NCBI GenBank assembly: GCA_951406725.2
Contig: OX597816.1
Location: 173,042,001 to 173,106,000 of the forward strand
DNA: 64,000 bases
DNA from: Octopus vulgaris
Lineage: Eukaryota
Direction of reading: 5' to 3'
In this document: positions 41,719-54,874 of the stretch, piece by piece
Numbering within the stretch: the stretch's first letter is position 1
Layout of the letters: each line of letters starts with the position of its first letter
The notes under the pieces: model-generated
The model's input: only the letters and a program-made list of their open reading frames with translations
Database searches by the model: none
Told to the model about the DNA's origin: nothing
Made by a program: the position numbers and the translations under genes

Positions 41719-41955
41719 TTATTCTCTCTTTACTCTCTTTTACTCTTTTACTTATTTCAGTCATTTGACTGCGGCCATGCTGAAGCACCGCCTTTAATCG
41801 AGCAACTCGACCCCCGGGACTTATTCTTTTGTAAGCCCAGTATTTATTTTATTGGTGTCTTTTGCCGAACCGCTAAGTAACGGGGACATAAACACACCAG
41901 CATCGGTTGTCAAGCAATGCTAGGGGGACAAACACGGACACACAAACACACACAC

Positions 41956-42004
<49 letters not shown>

Positions 42005-42170
42005 TACGACAGGCTTCTTTCAGTTTCCGTCTACCAAATCCACTCACAAGGCTTTGGTCGACCCGAGGGCATAGCAGAAGACACTTGCCGAAGGTGCCAC
42101 GCAGTGGGGCTGAACCCGGACCCATGTGGTTGCTAAACAAGCTACTTACCACACAGCCACTCCTGCGCCT
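41719..42170 (-). mobile_element. SINE S1
   Basis: Full-length reverse copy. Confidence 0.9.
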
Positions 42171-42442
42171 ATTCTGAGTATATTTTTTGTAATAGTTTAA
42201 ATAGATACGCCTTTATTTGTAAAAACTTCGAAATCACTGTCCACTAAATAATGTATGTATCCATGTATTTATGTATGTGTGTATGTATGTGTTAAATGTG
42301 TGTTACGGCAGACTTCCCTTTCTAGATACGTGAAGTGTATATTAATGTTGGTAGGATATCCGATTTATAAAATGCTGTCTGATGTTCAGTACTGAATTTT
42401 GTTCTGTTCCCGAAGAGAAAACTCGGAGTTTATTATTAACAC

Positions 42443-42505
<63 letters not shown>

Positions 42506-42537
42506 CAGCAGCAGTAGTAGCAGCAGCAGCAGTACTA

Positions 42538-42603
<66 letters not shown>

Positions 42604-42619
42604 TTAGTAGTAGTAGTAA
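42443..42619. repeat. (TAG)n microsatellite
   Basis: Direct reading. Confidence 0.95.
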
Positions 42620-43131
42620 TTAGAAGACGTTGTAATGCAAAATAAAAAGTACTCAGATAATCTTTGAGGAATCGAGATTTTTAGAATATCAAAGTGTGCA
42701 TTGTGGTCTGGAAAATGACAACTCTCTAATTCATCCATTGAGGCTTCTGTAAACCTCTCTGATTGTCCACCTACACAATGTAACTGTCGTTTTCTGCAAC
42801 CGCGCTTCAGTCAATATGTCTGATATCTAAATTGAATGAAAGTTAGAGTAAAAGGTTCTGTTATTCTCTTCCATTCAAATAAATAAAGCGAAAATTTAAA
42901 AATACAGTGTTTATGGACGTCTGTTGACTTGCAATGTAATTCATCACCGTCTGTTAAAATATACGAGATTCTGCATGAATGGCTAGTTTAGTGAAGGTGG
43001 GAGGAGGAAAACATAAGATATTGAGGTGAAGGGGTGAATGGCAAAAAGAGATGGATAAATGCTGGAAGGTTGGAGAGAAAGCAAGGTAGAGAGAGAGAGG
43101 GGGAAGCGTACTAGAGGAAGGAGTATGAAAT

Positions 43132-43179
<48 letters not shown>

Positions 43180-43519
43180 ACGAAAGAAAGAGGGAATGGA
43201 TGTATATGAAAACCAGCAAAGAGAAAAAAAGCTGCCAAGATATAAGGAAAAGAGAGAAAAGATATGAGGAGATACAATAGATTATGAATACATGAGGGAG
43301 CAAGACAAACGAGGAGAAGAAACAAAACAAAAAAAAAAGAGAGAAGTTGTGAGACGCGTGTAAGATTGAATATGTACATATGAGAGAATGTGTGCATATG
43401 TGAGAGAGAGATACAGTGAAAAATTAGCTGATTAGATGACAAAAAGTAAGGGAGACAATGCGAGATGAAAGAACATCATTTAAGAAGTGAGAGAAACAGT
43501 GTGAGAGATGCAACAAGAG

Positions 43520-43642
43520 AACAAAAAGAAAAAGAAAGAGAGAGAGAGAGAGAGTGAAAGAGGGAGAGAGACAGAGACACAGAGAGAGAGATACAGACAG
43601 AGACAGACAGACGGACAGACAGACAGACAAAAAGAAAAAGAA

Positions 43643-43677
<35 letters not shown>

Positions 43678-43806
43678 GACAGAGAGAGAGAGAGTGAAAG
43701 AGAGAGAGAGAGTGAAAGAGAGAGAGAGAGAGAGAGAGGCAGAGATAGAGAGAGAGAGATACAGACAGAGACAGACAGACGGACAGACAGACAGACAAAA
43801 AGAAAA

Positions 43807-43853
<47 letters not shown>

Positions 43854-43862
43854 GGGAGACAG
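43520..43862. repeat. GA/GACA compound repeat with ~170 bp internal duplication
   Basis: gagagatacagacagagacagacagacggacagac...aaaaagaaaaag block occurs twice. Confidence 0.8.
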
Positions 43863-44161
43863 GTAAAATAAGAAAGAAAACCAAAAGCAAAGATTTTTGA
43901 TACAGGATGGTGCTAAATGGAGAAAGATGTGTGTGTGTTGGAGGAAAAACATTAAAACTACTTGAAAAGAAAATAAAAAATACGAAGAGATTAAATAAGA
44001 TATATATGTATAATTATATAATATACACATACATATATATCACATATATATTTTACATATACATATGTTTATATATATATATATATATATATACATGTAA
44101 AATTCATAAGAAAATTAAAATTTATCTAATATAGTGGCGTTTTCAAACTTCTTTTTTACAA

Positions 44162-44236
<75 letters not shown>

Positions 44237-44259
44237 TATATGTATGTATGTATACACAC

Positions 44260-44328
<69 letters not shown>

Positions 44329-44355
44329 TATCTATGCATGCTTATGTGTGCGTAT

Positions 44356-44387
<32 letters not shown>

Positions 44388-44466
44388 ATGCATATACGCA
44401 CAGCGCTCAGAGATAGAGAAAGAGAAAGAAAGAAGAAAGTTAAAAGAAAGAAAATGGAAAATTAAA

Positions 44467-44536
44467 TAGACAGACAGACAGACAGACAGGCAGGCAGACA
44501 GACAGACAGATAGATAGATAGACAGATGGATGGATG

Positions 44537-44634
<98 letters not shown>
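44467..44634. repeat. (GACA)n/(GATA)n microsatellite
   Basis: Direct reading. Confidence 0.95.
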
Positions 44635-47409
44635 CTTTCTATATTCCTTATTTTCTCGACTCTCAGTATTTTTCGTCCCCCTCCCTCTGTGCTCTGTGTC
44701 TTTCTCTATTCGTTTTTCTATCGTTACATCTCTGTATATAAAGTTCACCAATTCATCCTGTATGACGTCTCTCTTTTACTCTCCTTCTTTCTCTCTTTCT
44801 CTCTCTCTCTTTCTTTTTTTCTCTTTCTCTCTCTCTCTCTCTCTTTCGCCGCCGTCACCATCCTTCTTTCTCCCTCTTCATTTCATCTTGATTTATCGTC
44901 CTCCAAAATTTAATCGCCACAAATATCTCAGAAGCTGTCAGTCAGTTTATCTCTCTCACTCTATCTATCTATCTATCTATCTACCCACATATCATTCTCT
45001 CCTCCTTTCTGTTGCTGTCTTTACACACACATACGCATACGCGCGCGCACACACATACATATGTGCGGGAATATAGATATCCCTCTCCTTTCTCCCATCA
45101 AAACTCGCTTCTTTTACCCCTCTCTTCATCGCATTACACAACACTATTCCATTACCACCCTACTCCTCCCACTCCTTCCTCTCTCTCTTCTCTCACTCTC
45201 TCCCTCCCCTTCTATGTCTATTTTACTTTCGCCCCTGCTTCGTTCTACCACGTTATTATCTTTCCTCTTTGAAGAGTGCGCTCTTCAAAATGGTTGACCA
45301 TATATCATAGAAATTAGACAAGCCAGACTGGGCCAAACTTAAACTTCCGTAACAAACTAGATATTATTTTACAACAAACATATTCCATAGAATCAAAACG
45401 GAACAGGGGGGGAGAGGATAAAGCAAAAAAAAATAACTTATAGTAAAACAAATGAAATATCTCCAGACAAAAGCTGAAAGAGGGAAAAAAAATAGCAAAG
45501 TGGAAGATTGTTAAAAACAATTAAACCGAAAGAATTGGTTCAGTTGAAGTTTGGACAGCTAAAAAATATATATTGCCAAGAGCTAAAAAAACATAAAAAC
45601 CATGACGAAACGTATTTCTCTGTGACTGTAGAATTATTTACTTTTTACTTATGTATGGGCGTTCAGATATACAGACACACACATACACACACACATACAC
45701 ACACACACATATATTCACACAGACACACACACAGACACACACACACACACACATACATACACACAGGCACACACATACACACAGGCACATACACACACAC
45801 ATACATACACACAGACACACACACACACACATACATACACACAGACACACACATACACACACATATACACACACACATACATACACACACACACATACGT
45901 ACATATATATGTATGAGTAAATGTGTATATACAAATATGTATTTATATGTGTGTGTGGGTGTATATATATATATATACACATACACACATACACACATAT
46001 ATGTATATACATATATACACACAGACGAACACACAACACTCTCACATACATATGTGTGCACACATACATTTGCCCACGTGAGTGCACGTGGCCGTATGTT
46101 TACGTGTGTATGGAGATATATACAATATTTCTATATGTAGGAATATGTGCTTGTGTGTGTGTGTATATGTCTGTGTGTATGGAGGAAGAGAGATTTACAT
46201 ACAGGCACACTTACATACTAACGTTATACAGTATTACAGAAAACACACTACATATGTGGGAAATTTTGTCTGTGGGTGTGTTTGTGGAGTTGTTAGCTAG
46301 CTCCTCCTACATCGTTGTATCGATTTTGATGAAACTTGACACATGAGTAGAACTCATGTCTGGAAACCTCATGGCATACTCAGATTGTTGAAAAGATCGA
46401 TAATAGAGCCCCTGGAAGGAATCCTTATATATATCTAATATATTTTATTTTAAAACCAAGGGAAATAACCCATTCGCTCCTCACCAATTAAGAGAAACGT
46501 TGCTATTTTCGGCATAAGCGCAAAATCATGAGGCCGGGCGGATAGTCTAACAAATCGCGTTCGCTAAAGCGTACGAGCTGGTTTAGAGAATTACATGATT
46601 TTAACTTAAGTTTTTTCATTAAGAATATTGGTTAACTCATAAATCAAAAACTCACGGCAAAACTTTTGAAACTAAATGTTAAGTATCGTAATATCTACTC
46701 AGGTCTACTGACTTTTTCCATTTCTCCACATTAACCAGTCACAAGGTGCCTAGATACATTACTGCACTGAGGAGTAAAAGGGCTTCCAAAAGAACTGTTC
46801 GCTAGATTTAATGATATCAAAGCTAAAGAAGCCAATTTTAACGTTTTTTCTTTTTTTTTTTTTTTTTGCAAATCATTTCATTAGAAGAATAATACAAATT
46901 GAATTGCAGGTTAATATACATCTGTAGCATTATTCAAAGATGCCTATTCGAGCGTTATGCCACTCTTTCTGCAAAATCCCATCCTGCAACGACATGCTTC
47001 GCTAGAAGATGCATCTCCCTATTATGTTAACAGAGGGTTTTTCCCTACAAATAGAAAAACATAAAATAAACTAAAACAAAAACAAAATTAACAAACAATT
47101 ATCTTAAAGAGAGCTTTCAAGTTGACACATCTCAATTACTTCTAAATATTGAGAGGATGGCAAAAAATAAATAAATAAAATTGCTGCACCGTGTTTCTCG
47201 CTAAAATTAGCAAGAAAACACTTTTTCCGATTTCACTGTTGTGAAAGAACAATGAAAGTTACATGGATTTTTAGTCGACAGTAATCTGCATAATATTAAA
47301 TAATAATGAACTCGGTTTAATTTACATATATATTAATTCGTGTATGTGTGATGTATGCATATGTATATATAAATATATATGTAAATAGACTCATATATAA
47401 CTATTTGAA

Positions 47410-47497
47410 ATCGAACTCGGAATCTTGGGGTTAGTAGCCCGTGGTTAAGAGCACGGGCTACTAACTTCAAGATTCCGAGTTCGATACCAGGCAGTGA

Positions 47498-47578
<81 letters not shown>

Positions 47579-47752
47579 CATCGAAAAATACCTTAGGAAT
47601 GAGAACCCAGTTTCGAAATTCTCCCAAGACACCTGATGAAGGCTTGAGGGTATATCAGCCGAAACGTTGTGTTAACATCAAACAAGATGAGGACAAATAT
47701 CCGTCAAATGTAAACAATGTACATTACTCCTCATCTCTTAAATATAGAACTG
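47410..47752 (+). mobile_element. tRNA-head/(AAT)n/hammerhead-tail element with 5' fold-back
   Basis: Head 47441-47500 with B-box gagttcgatacc, (AAT)n 47502-47574, tail 47575-47752 matching 15919-16103 and 17321-17472. Confidence 0.8.
47628..47673 (+). ncRNA. Minimal type I hammerhead ribozyme motif
   Basis: gacac CTGATGA a ggcttgagggtatatcagcc GAA ACGT T gtgtt. Confidence 0.7.
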
Positions 47753-47779
47753 TACTGACGATATATATATATATATATA

Positions 47780-48134
47780 TTCTTTTACTTGTTTCAGTCA
47801 TTTTGACTGTGGCCATGCTGGAGCACCGCCTTTTAGTCGAAAAATTCGACCCCTTGGCTTATTCTTTGCAAGCCTGGTACTTATTCTATCGGTGTCTTTT
47901 GCCGAACCGCTAGTTACGGGGACATAAATACGCCGAGATCGGCTATTAAGCAATGGTGGAGGGACAAACAAATATATATATATATATATACAACGGGCTT
48001 CTTTCAGTTTCCGTCTACCAAATCCACTCACGAGGCTTTGCTCGCTCCGAGTCTATGGTAGAAGGCACTTGCCCAGGGTTCCATTTGCTTATGTGGTTGG
48101 AAAGCAAGCTTCTTACCATACAGTCACGCCTGTG

Positions 48135-48137
<3 letters not shown>
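47780..48137 (-). mobile_element. SINE S1, diverged
   Basis: Reverse copy; a + strand S1 tail fragment follows at 48194-48253. Confidence 0.8.
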
Positions 48138-48196
<59 letters not shown>

Positions 48197-48605
48197 CGGT
48201 GCTCCAGCATGGCCGCAGTCAAATGACTGAAACGCGTAAAAGAATAAAAGAGTATACGCATATATACACGTGCGCGTGCGCACAAGCATGCACATAGAGG
48301 CAGGAAAAGAAAGCACACGTGACAGAGATACAAAAAGAAAGGAATGGACAACATGGTGGGAGGCAAGCAGCTAATCAAAATGAATGCCAAAAACAGAATG
48401 GTAAAAGATATATGCAGATATAATAAGCATATGCATACACACATGCACACGCACATACAAGAATATGCTCACACCCACACACACATAAAACACACACACA
48501 CACACATACAAGCACGCATCCGTGAATATATTAATATATGTATGTATATATGTATACACATGCATATATATATATATGTACATATGTGTGTATATGTTTG
48601 TATTA

Positions 48606-48925
48606 GTGAAGGCGCATGACTCCGTAGTTAGAACGTCGGGCTTACAATCGTAAGGTTGTGAGTTTAATTCCTAGACCGGGCTGCGTGTTGTGTCCTTGAG
48701 CAAGACACTTTATTTCACGTTGCTCCGGTTCACTCAGCTGTAGAAATGAGTTGCAACGTCACAGGTGCCAGGCTGTATTGGCCCCTTTGCCTTTCCCTTA
48801 GGTAACATTGGTGACGTGGAGAGGGGAGGCTGGTATGCATGGGCGACTGCTGGTCTTCTATAACCTTGCGCAGACTTGTGCCTCGGAGGGGAACTTTCTA
48901 GATGCAATGCCATGGTCATCCTTGC
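48606..48925 (+). mobile_element. SINE S2
   Basis: Match to 12131-12474. Confidence 0.85.
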
Positions 48926-48994
48926 CCGATGAGGGATATTATATGTTTGTATGTATATATGTTCATATATGAATCTATGTATCTTTGTGATTGC

Positions 48995-49180
48995 ATCTGT
49001 CCTAACCACCGCTTCGTAACCGGAGTTGGTTTGTTTACCTCCCGTAAATTAGCGGTTCCGCAAAATAGACCGATAGAATAAGTAACAGGTATTAACAGGC
49101 AGCAAAACGGAACTCGAGTCAAATTGTTCGACTGAGCCCCTCAAGAAGGTGCCCCAGTACGGTGTCAGAAACAAATAAAA
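48995..49180 (+). mobile_element. Old S1-related 3' fragment
   Basis: ttagcggttccgcaaaatagaccgatagaataagta. Confidence 0.6.
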
Positions 49181-49219
49181 AATATATGTATCTACTTACG
49201 TGTATGCTTGTATACACGA

Positions 49220-49269
<50 letters not shown>

Positions 49270-49271
<2 letters not shown>

Positions 49272-49587
49272 TCTTTTATTGTTTTACTTGTTTCAGTCAT
49301 TTCACTGTGGACATGCTGGAGCACCGCTTTTCAGTCGCAGAAATCGATCCTTGGACTTATTCTTCCGCTAAATTACTGGGACGTAAACACACCACCATCG
49401 GTTATCAAGGTGTGGGGGTCAAACACATAAATATATGCATAAATATATTGGACGTGTTTTGTTCAGTTTCTGTCTACCAAATCCACTCACAAGGCTATAG
49501 TAGAAGACACTCGCTCAAGGTGTCACGCAGCGAGATTGAACCTGGAACCATGTGGTTGAGAAGCAAGCTTCTTAACACACAGCCATG

Positions 49588-49590
<3 letters not shown>
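49270..49590 (-). mobile_element. SINE S1, diverged with deletions
   Basis: Head and tail both recognisable. Confidence 0.75.
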
Positions 49591-49633
<43 letters not shown>

Positions 49634-49828
49634 GTAGATTAGAGATAAAACCACTATTATGCAACTCAAACAGTAATAGACAAAAACCAAAACATAAATC
49701 ACAAATATATTTTTATAAAATATAAACTAGATCTCAAAAAGTATAAAGATGAATGATCAATATATAATAATACATGTATGTATGTATGTATGTATGTATG
49801 TATGTATGTATGTATGTATGTATGTATG

Positions 49829-49938
<110 letters not shown>

Positions 49939-49948
49939 TGTATATATG

Positions 49949-50000
<52 letters not shown>

Positions 50001-50165
50001 AAGAGAGAGAGAGAGATAAAGAGAGAGATACATACATACATACATCCATACATACATATAAAGTGAGAGAGACATTGATGAAATATGATAGTCTTGTAGT
50101 AGTCGTGGTTACAAATTAATGTCACCTCTATTTTGAGTTTTTTTTTAAAGCAATATTCAACAATG

Positions 50166-50261
<96 letters not shown>

Positions 50262-50506
50262 AAGTAGGTGAATGAATTATCCTATGTTTATCGTCAGCAT
50301 GAAAAATTCGTTTAACCGAAACCTGGGTAGCAAATTCACGTCAGAAAACACGGTTGAAGCGACCTGTCAAGGGTAGAAACTCCGGGTTCATGTGCAGAAA
50401 TTTGTGTGTTGTATATGAATAAATGAAAGAATGGAGTCAAGGAATTTTGTTAACATCTTCGTTCGACTCCATTCTTTCATTTATATATATATATACACAC
50501 ACACAC

Positions 50507-50682
50507 ATATAAGAGGGATGATCACTAAGTAGACATCCGTTATACTAGACCCTGTATGGTCTTACCACTAAGAAAGGAATGTTCTGAAGAAAACTGAGAA
50601 CATTCCCTTCTTAGTGGTAAGACCATAGGAGGTCCACTTCTAGCATAATGGAAGTCCACTTAGTGGTCATCCCACTTATATG
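50507..50682. repeat. Fold-back palindrome
   Basis: catataagagggatgatcactaagt...tatggtcttaccactaagaaaggaatgttct / agaacattcccttcttagtggtaagaccata...acttagtggtcatcccacttatatg. Confidence 0.8.
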
Positions 50683-50930
50683 TATGTAGTATAATTTTTC
50701 AGAATCTTCAGATTTTTCTATATGCTAGAGCATTGGTTTTAAATTGATATTAATCAAATTAATATTCAATTTTCCACCCATATTATTTTAAACTTATATA
50801 TGTATATATTCTCAACCAAAACTTTCCGACGAACGGGAACGGGAAACTCTGAGTAACAGTTTTTGTGATGTCTTTGCAGCTTTATTGATAAACTATATGT
50901 ATATATATATGTGTGTGTGTGTGTGTGTAT

Positions 50931-51355
50931 ACTCTCTCTTTTACTCTTTTACTTCTTTCACTCATTTGACTGCGGCTATGCTGGGGCACCGCCTTTATTT
51001 GAGCTAATCGACCCCAGAGCTTATTCTTTGTAAACCTAGTACTTACTCTATCGGTCTCTTTAGCCGAACAGCTAAGTTACGGGGACGTAAACACACCAGC
51101 ATCGGTTGCCAAGCGATATTGGGTAGGGGAACAAACACGGACACACAAATATATACACACATATACATATATATATATACATATATATATATACATATAT
51201 ACGACGGGCTTCTTTCAGTTTCCGTCTACCAAATCCACTCAGAAGGCTTTGGTCGGCCCGAGGCTATAGTAGAAAACATTTGCCCAAGATGCCACGCAGT
51301 GGGACTGAACCTGGTTGGTGAGCAAGCTACTTACAACACAGCCGTTCCTGCACCT
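50931..51355 (-). mobile_element. SINE S1
   Basis: Near full-length reverse copy. Confidence 0.85.
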
Positions 51356-51403
51356 ATATATATTCTTAAATCCTTAAAAATGTTTTAGCCCGAAGGCCGC
51401 GGC

Positions 51404-51614
51404 CATTGACTGCCGTCATGCTGGAGTACCGGATTCAGTCGAAGAGATCGACCCCAGAACTTATTCTATATAAGCCTAGTACTTATGCCATCGGTCAGTT
51501 TTGCCGAACGGCTAAATTGCGGGGACATAAACTCACTAACATCGGTTGTTAAGCGATAGGGTGGGACAAACACACACACACAATTACATACATACATACA
51601 TATATACATACATT

Positions 51615-51669
<55 letters not shown>

Positions 51670-51696
51670 GTATATATATATGTATGTATGTATATA

Positions 51697-51747
<51 letters not shown>

Positions 51748-51772
51748 TTATATATATACATATATATGTGTG

Positions 51773-51811
<39 letters not shown>

Positions 51812-51974
51812 GACAGGCTTCTTTCAGTTTCCGCCTACGAAATCTATTCATAACGCTTTGGTCAACCCGAGGCTATAGTAGAAGACACTTGCTCAAGGTG
51901 TTACGCAGTGGGACTGAACCCGGAACCATGCGGTTGGGAAGCAAGTTACTTACCACAATGCCGCTCTTGCGCCT
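51404..51974 (-). mobile_element. SINE S1 with expanded internal (TA)n
   Basis: Reverse copy; internal microsatellite about 240 bp. Confidence 0.85.
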
Positions 51975-52011
51975 ACACACAGACACACACACACACATAC
52001 GCACACATATC

Positions 52012-52047
<36 letters not shown>

Positions 52048-52539
52048 CGTGCGGGTGTGGACACACACGCAAATGCGTTGAAAGCCGTGTTCTGAGAGAT
52101 GGAAAGAGAGGGATAGAGAGCATAAGCAACCAAAAAAAAAAAAAGAAAAAGGGGGGGAGATGAAATGGTTAGAGAGATATAAAGAGAGGTAGATGAGGGG
52201 GGGGAAGGTCACGAAGGAAGCATGCTGAAGCAGGTTTTCACAGTCAGTGCCAACAATATTTTTCTACGGCGAACCTTGCCACCAAAGGTTAATAAAGCTG
52301 CGAAGATATGAGACCAGAGGCAAGTAATGGTAACTACATACAAGACCACTTCACAGAGGATGCATCTGAACAATACAGAATCAGACATGATGACTGGCGA
52401 GATGATGTAAGTGCGGTGATTTGATAGCAAATCCTCTGCCAAAGAACTGGAGGCGCTGTTTCGAATAGCAGTAACGTTAACCTTTCTCTCTTCACATATT
52501 TTTGCTGGTTGTTTTCTTGATTATGTCCGGTGTATGTGG

Positions 52540-52586
<47 letters not shown>

Positions 52587-52663
52587 TATCCATATACATG
52601 CATGTGTTAATTGAACGTATGTGTGTTTTAGTGAGTGTGCTTTGGTGTAGGAGTGTATGTGTT

Positions 52664-52710
<47 letters not shown>

Positions 52711-53074
52711 ATGCGTGTACATAACATATATGCGTGTATTGTACGAGTTTGTGCACATTCTATGTCTTGAGTTTTTAATGTATTTTTGTATGTATATGTG
52801 CCTGTGCTTTTATGTGTGTGTATGTGTGTGTGTGTGTATGTACGGACCTGTATGCGTGCGAGCGAGCGCGCGAACGTATGTGTTTTCCCTAAATTCTTCT
52901 GATATTCATTTTTCGATATAGTTTGTCATTAACTCTGAGCCAACCCGCTTCCTGCTTTATCATGGTTTCGATTCTCGGGTGAAATCCAATTCTTGTACAC
53001 CAATAATTTTGCTGATAGCAGTCACAAAAAAAGGCATGAAAGACACCGTAATATTACGGTGTGTTTATAATATT

Positions 53075-53260
53075 AGTATATCAGTCTGCCGTTACGTTGT
53101 GAGTTCGAATTCCGCCGAGGTCGACTTTACCTTTCATCCTTTCGGGGTCGATAAATTAAGTACCAGTTGCGCACTGGGGTCGATGTAATCGACTTAATTC
53201 CTATGTCTGTCCTTGTTTGTCCCCTCTGTGTTTAGCCGCTTGTGGGTAATAAAGAAATAA
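53075..53260 (+). mobile_element. SINE S3 with Nin-domain-like centre
   Basis: gagttcgaattcc B-box; gtcgactttacctttcatcctttcggggtcgataaattaagtaccag resembles the Nin SINE domain. Confidence 0.75.
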
Positions 53261-53315
53261 GTATATCACCTAATCATTATCCACGTAAGAGAACATGTAA
53301 ACCGACACTTGATAT

Positions 53316-53517
53316 ACTCTTTTACTTGTTTCACTCATTTGACTGCGGCCATGCTGGAGCACCGGCTTTAGTCGAGCAAATCGACCCCGGGACTTATTCT
53401 TTGTAAGCCCAGTACTTATTCTATCGGTCTCTTTCGTCGAACCGCTAAGTGACGGAGACGTAAACACACCAGCATCGGTTGTCAAGCTATGCTAGGGGGA
53501 CAAACACAGACACGCAA

Positions 53518-53583
<66 letters not shown>

Positions 53584-53861
53584 CGATATATACGACTGAA
53601 AGAAGCCCGTCGTATATATGCATATATATATATGTGTGCGTGTGTGTTTGTGTGTCTGTGTTTGTCCCCCTAGCATTGCTTGACAACCGATGCTGGTGTG
53701 TTTACGTCCCCGTCACTTAGCGGTTCGGCAAAAGACACCGATAGAATAAGTACTGGGCTTACAAAGAATAAGTCCCGGGGTCGAGTTGCTCGGCTAAAGG
53801 CGGTGCTCCAGCATGGCCGCAGTCAAATGACTGAAACAAGTAAAAGAATAAAAGAGAGAGT
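53316..53861. mobile_element. Two headless S1 halves fused in inverted orientation
   Basis: Minus copy 53316-53596 and plus copy 53595-53861 meet at atatacgac/gtcgtatat. Confidence 0.85.
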
Positions 53862-53934
53862 AACAAAGGATAAATGTACGCGCGCGCATGCACATACACC
53901 CACACACCCACACACACACTTGTATATATAAAAG

Positions 53935-54180
53935 GATAAGATCCTTCCCGAGGCAATATAAACCCATAGAGCTGGTTTCCCAGTTTCTATGGTGCATATA
54001 TTCACCCCTGGAAGGACGCCAGTCCATCGTAGGATTACTCATTTTTACCAGCCGAGTGGACTGGATTAGAATAAGATGAAACGAAGTGTTCTGCTCAAGA
54101 ATACAACGCGTCGCCCGGCCCAGGAATCGAAACTACAATCTTATGTTCATGAGTCCAACACCCTAACCACGTGCCTTCAC
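53935..54180 (-). mobile_element. S2-related tRNA SINE with a different 3' half
   Basis: Reverse reads gtgaaggcacgtggttaggg...gtttcgattcctgggccgggcgacgcgttgtattcttgagcag. Confidence 0.7.
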
Positions 54181-54212
54181 ACACGCACGCACACAACACA
54201 CGCGCACGCGCA

Positions 54213-54253
<41 letters not shown>

Positions 54254-54255
<2 letters not shown>

Positions 54256-54644
54256 TCTTTACTCTTTACTTGTTTCACTCATTTGACTGCGGCCATGCTG
54301 GAGTACCGCCTTTAGTCGAGGAAATCGACCCCGGGACTTATTCTTTGTAAGTCCAGTACTTATTCTATCGGTCTCCTTTGCCGAACCGCTAAGTGACGGG
54401 GACGCAAACACACTAGCATCGGTTGTCAAGCAATGCTAGGGGGACAAACAAACACATACATATATATATATACATATATACGACAGGCTTCTTTCAGTTT
54501 CCGTCTACCAAATCCACTCACAAGGCATTGGTCGACCCGGGGCTATAGTAGAAGACACTTGCCCAAGATGCCACGCAGTGGGACTGAACCCGGAACCATG
54601 TGGTTGGTTAGCAAGCTACTTACCACACAGCCACTCCTGCGCCT
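54254..54644 (-). mobile_element. SINE S1
   Basis: Full-length reverse copy. Confidence 0.9.
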
Positions 54645-54874
54645 ATATATATATATACTTTTTATCTATTACATGTTTCAGTCATATGTCTGCAAAATTT
54701 CACTTAAAAATTGTGCAAATTTTTGAAGGTTATGCCGGAAGAAAGAATGGTGAGCCCTAAACTAGGTATGCCCAAATCGTGTGTACCTAATCTTTAATTG
54801 AAAACGCGTCAGCGCGCCAGTGAATATGTCATTAACTATACTCTTTTCTGAAAATACCCCTCCTCTTCCTTCAT

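Noticed and set aside
46260-46400. Helitron-like subterminal motif (cgattttgatgaaacttgacaca)
   Set aside because: No matching termini or second copy in the window
52240-52412. Exon-like stretch with ttttcacag and GTAAGT
   Set aside because: The frames contain stops and the peptide loosely resembles an RTE LINE C-terminus; unsupported as a host exon
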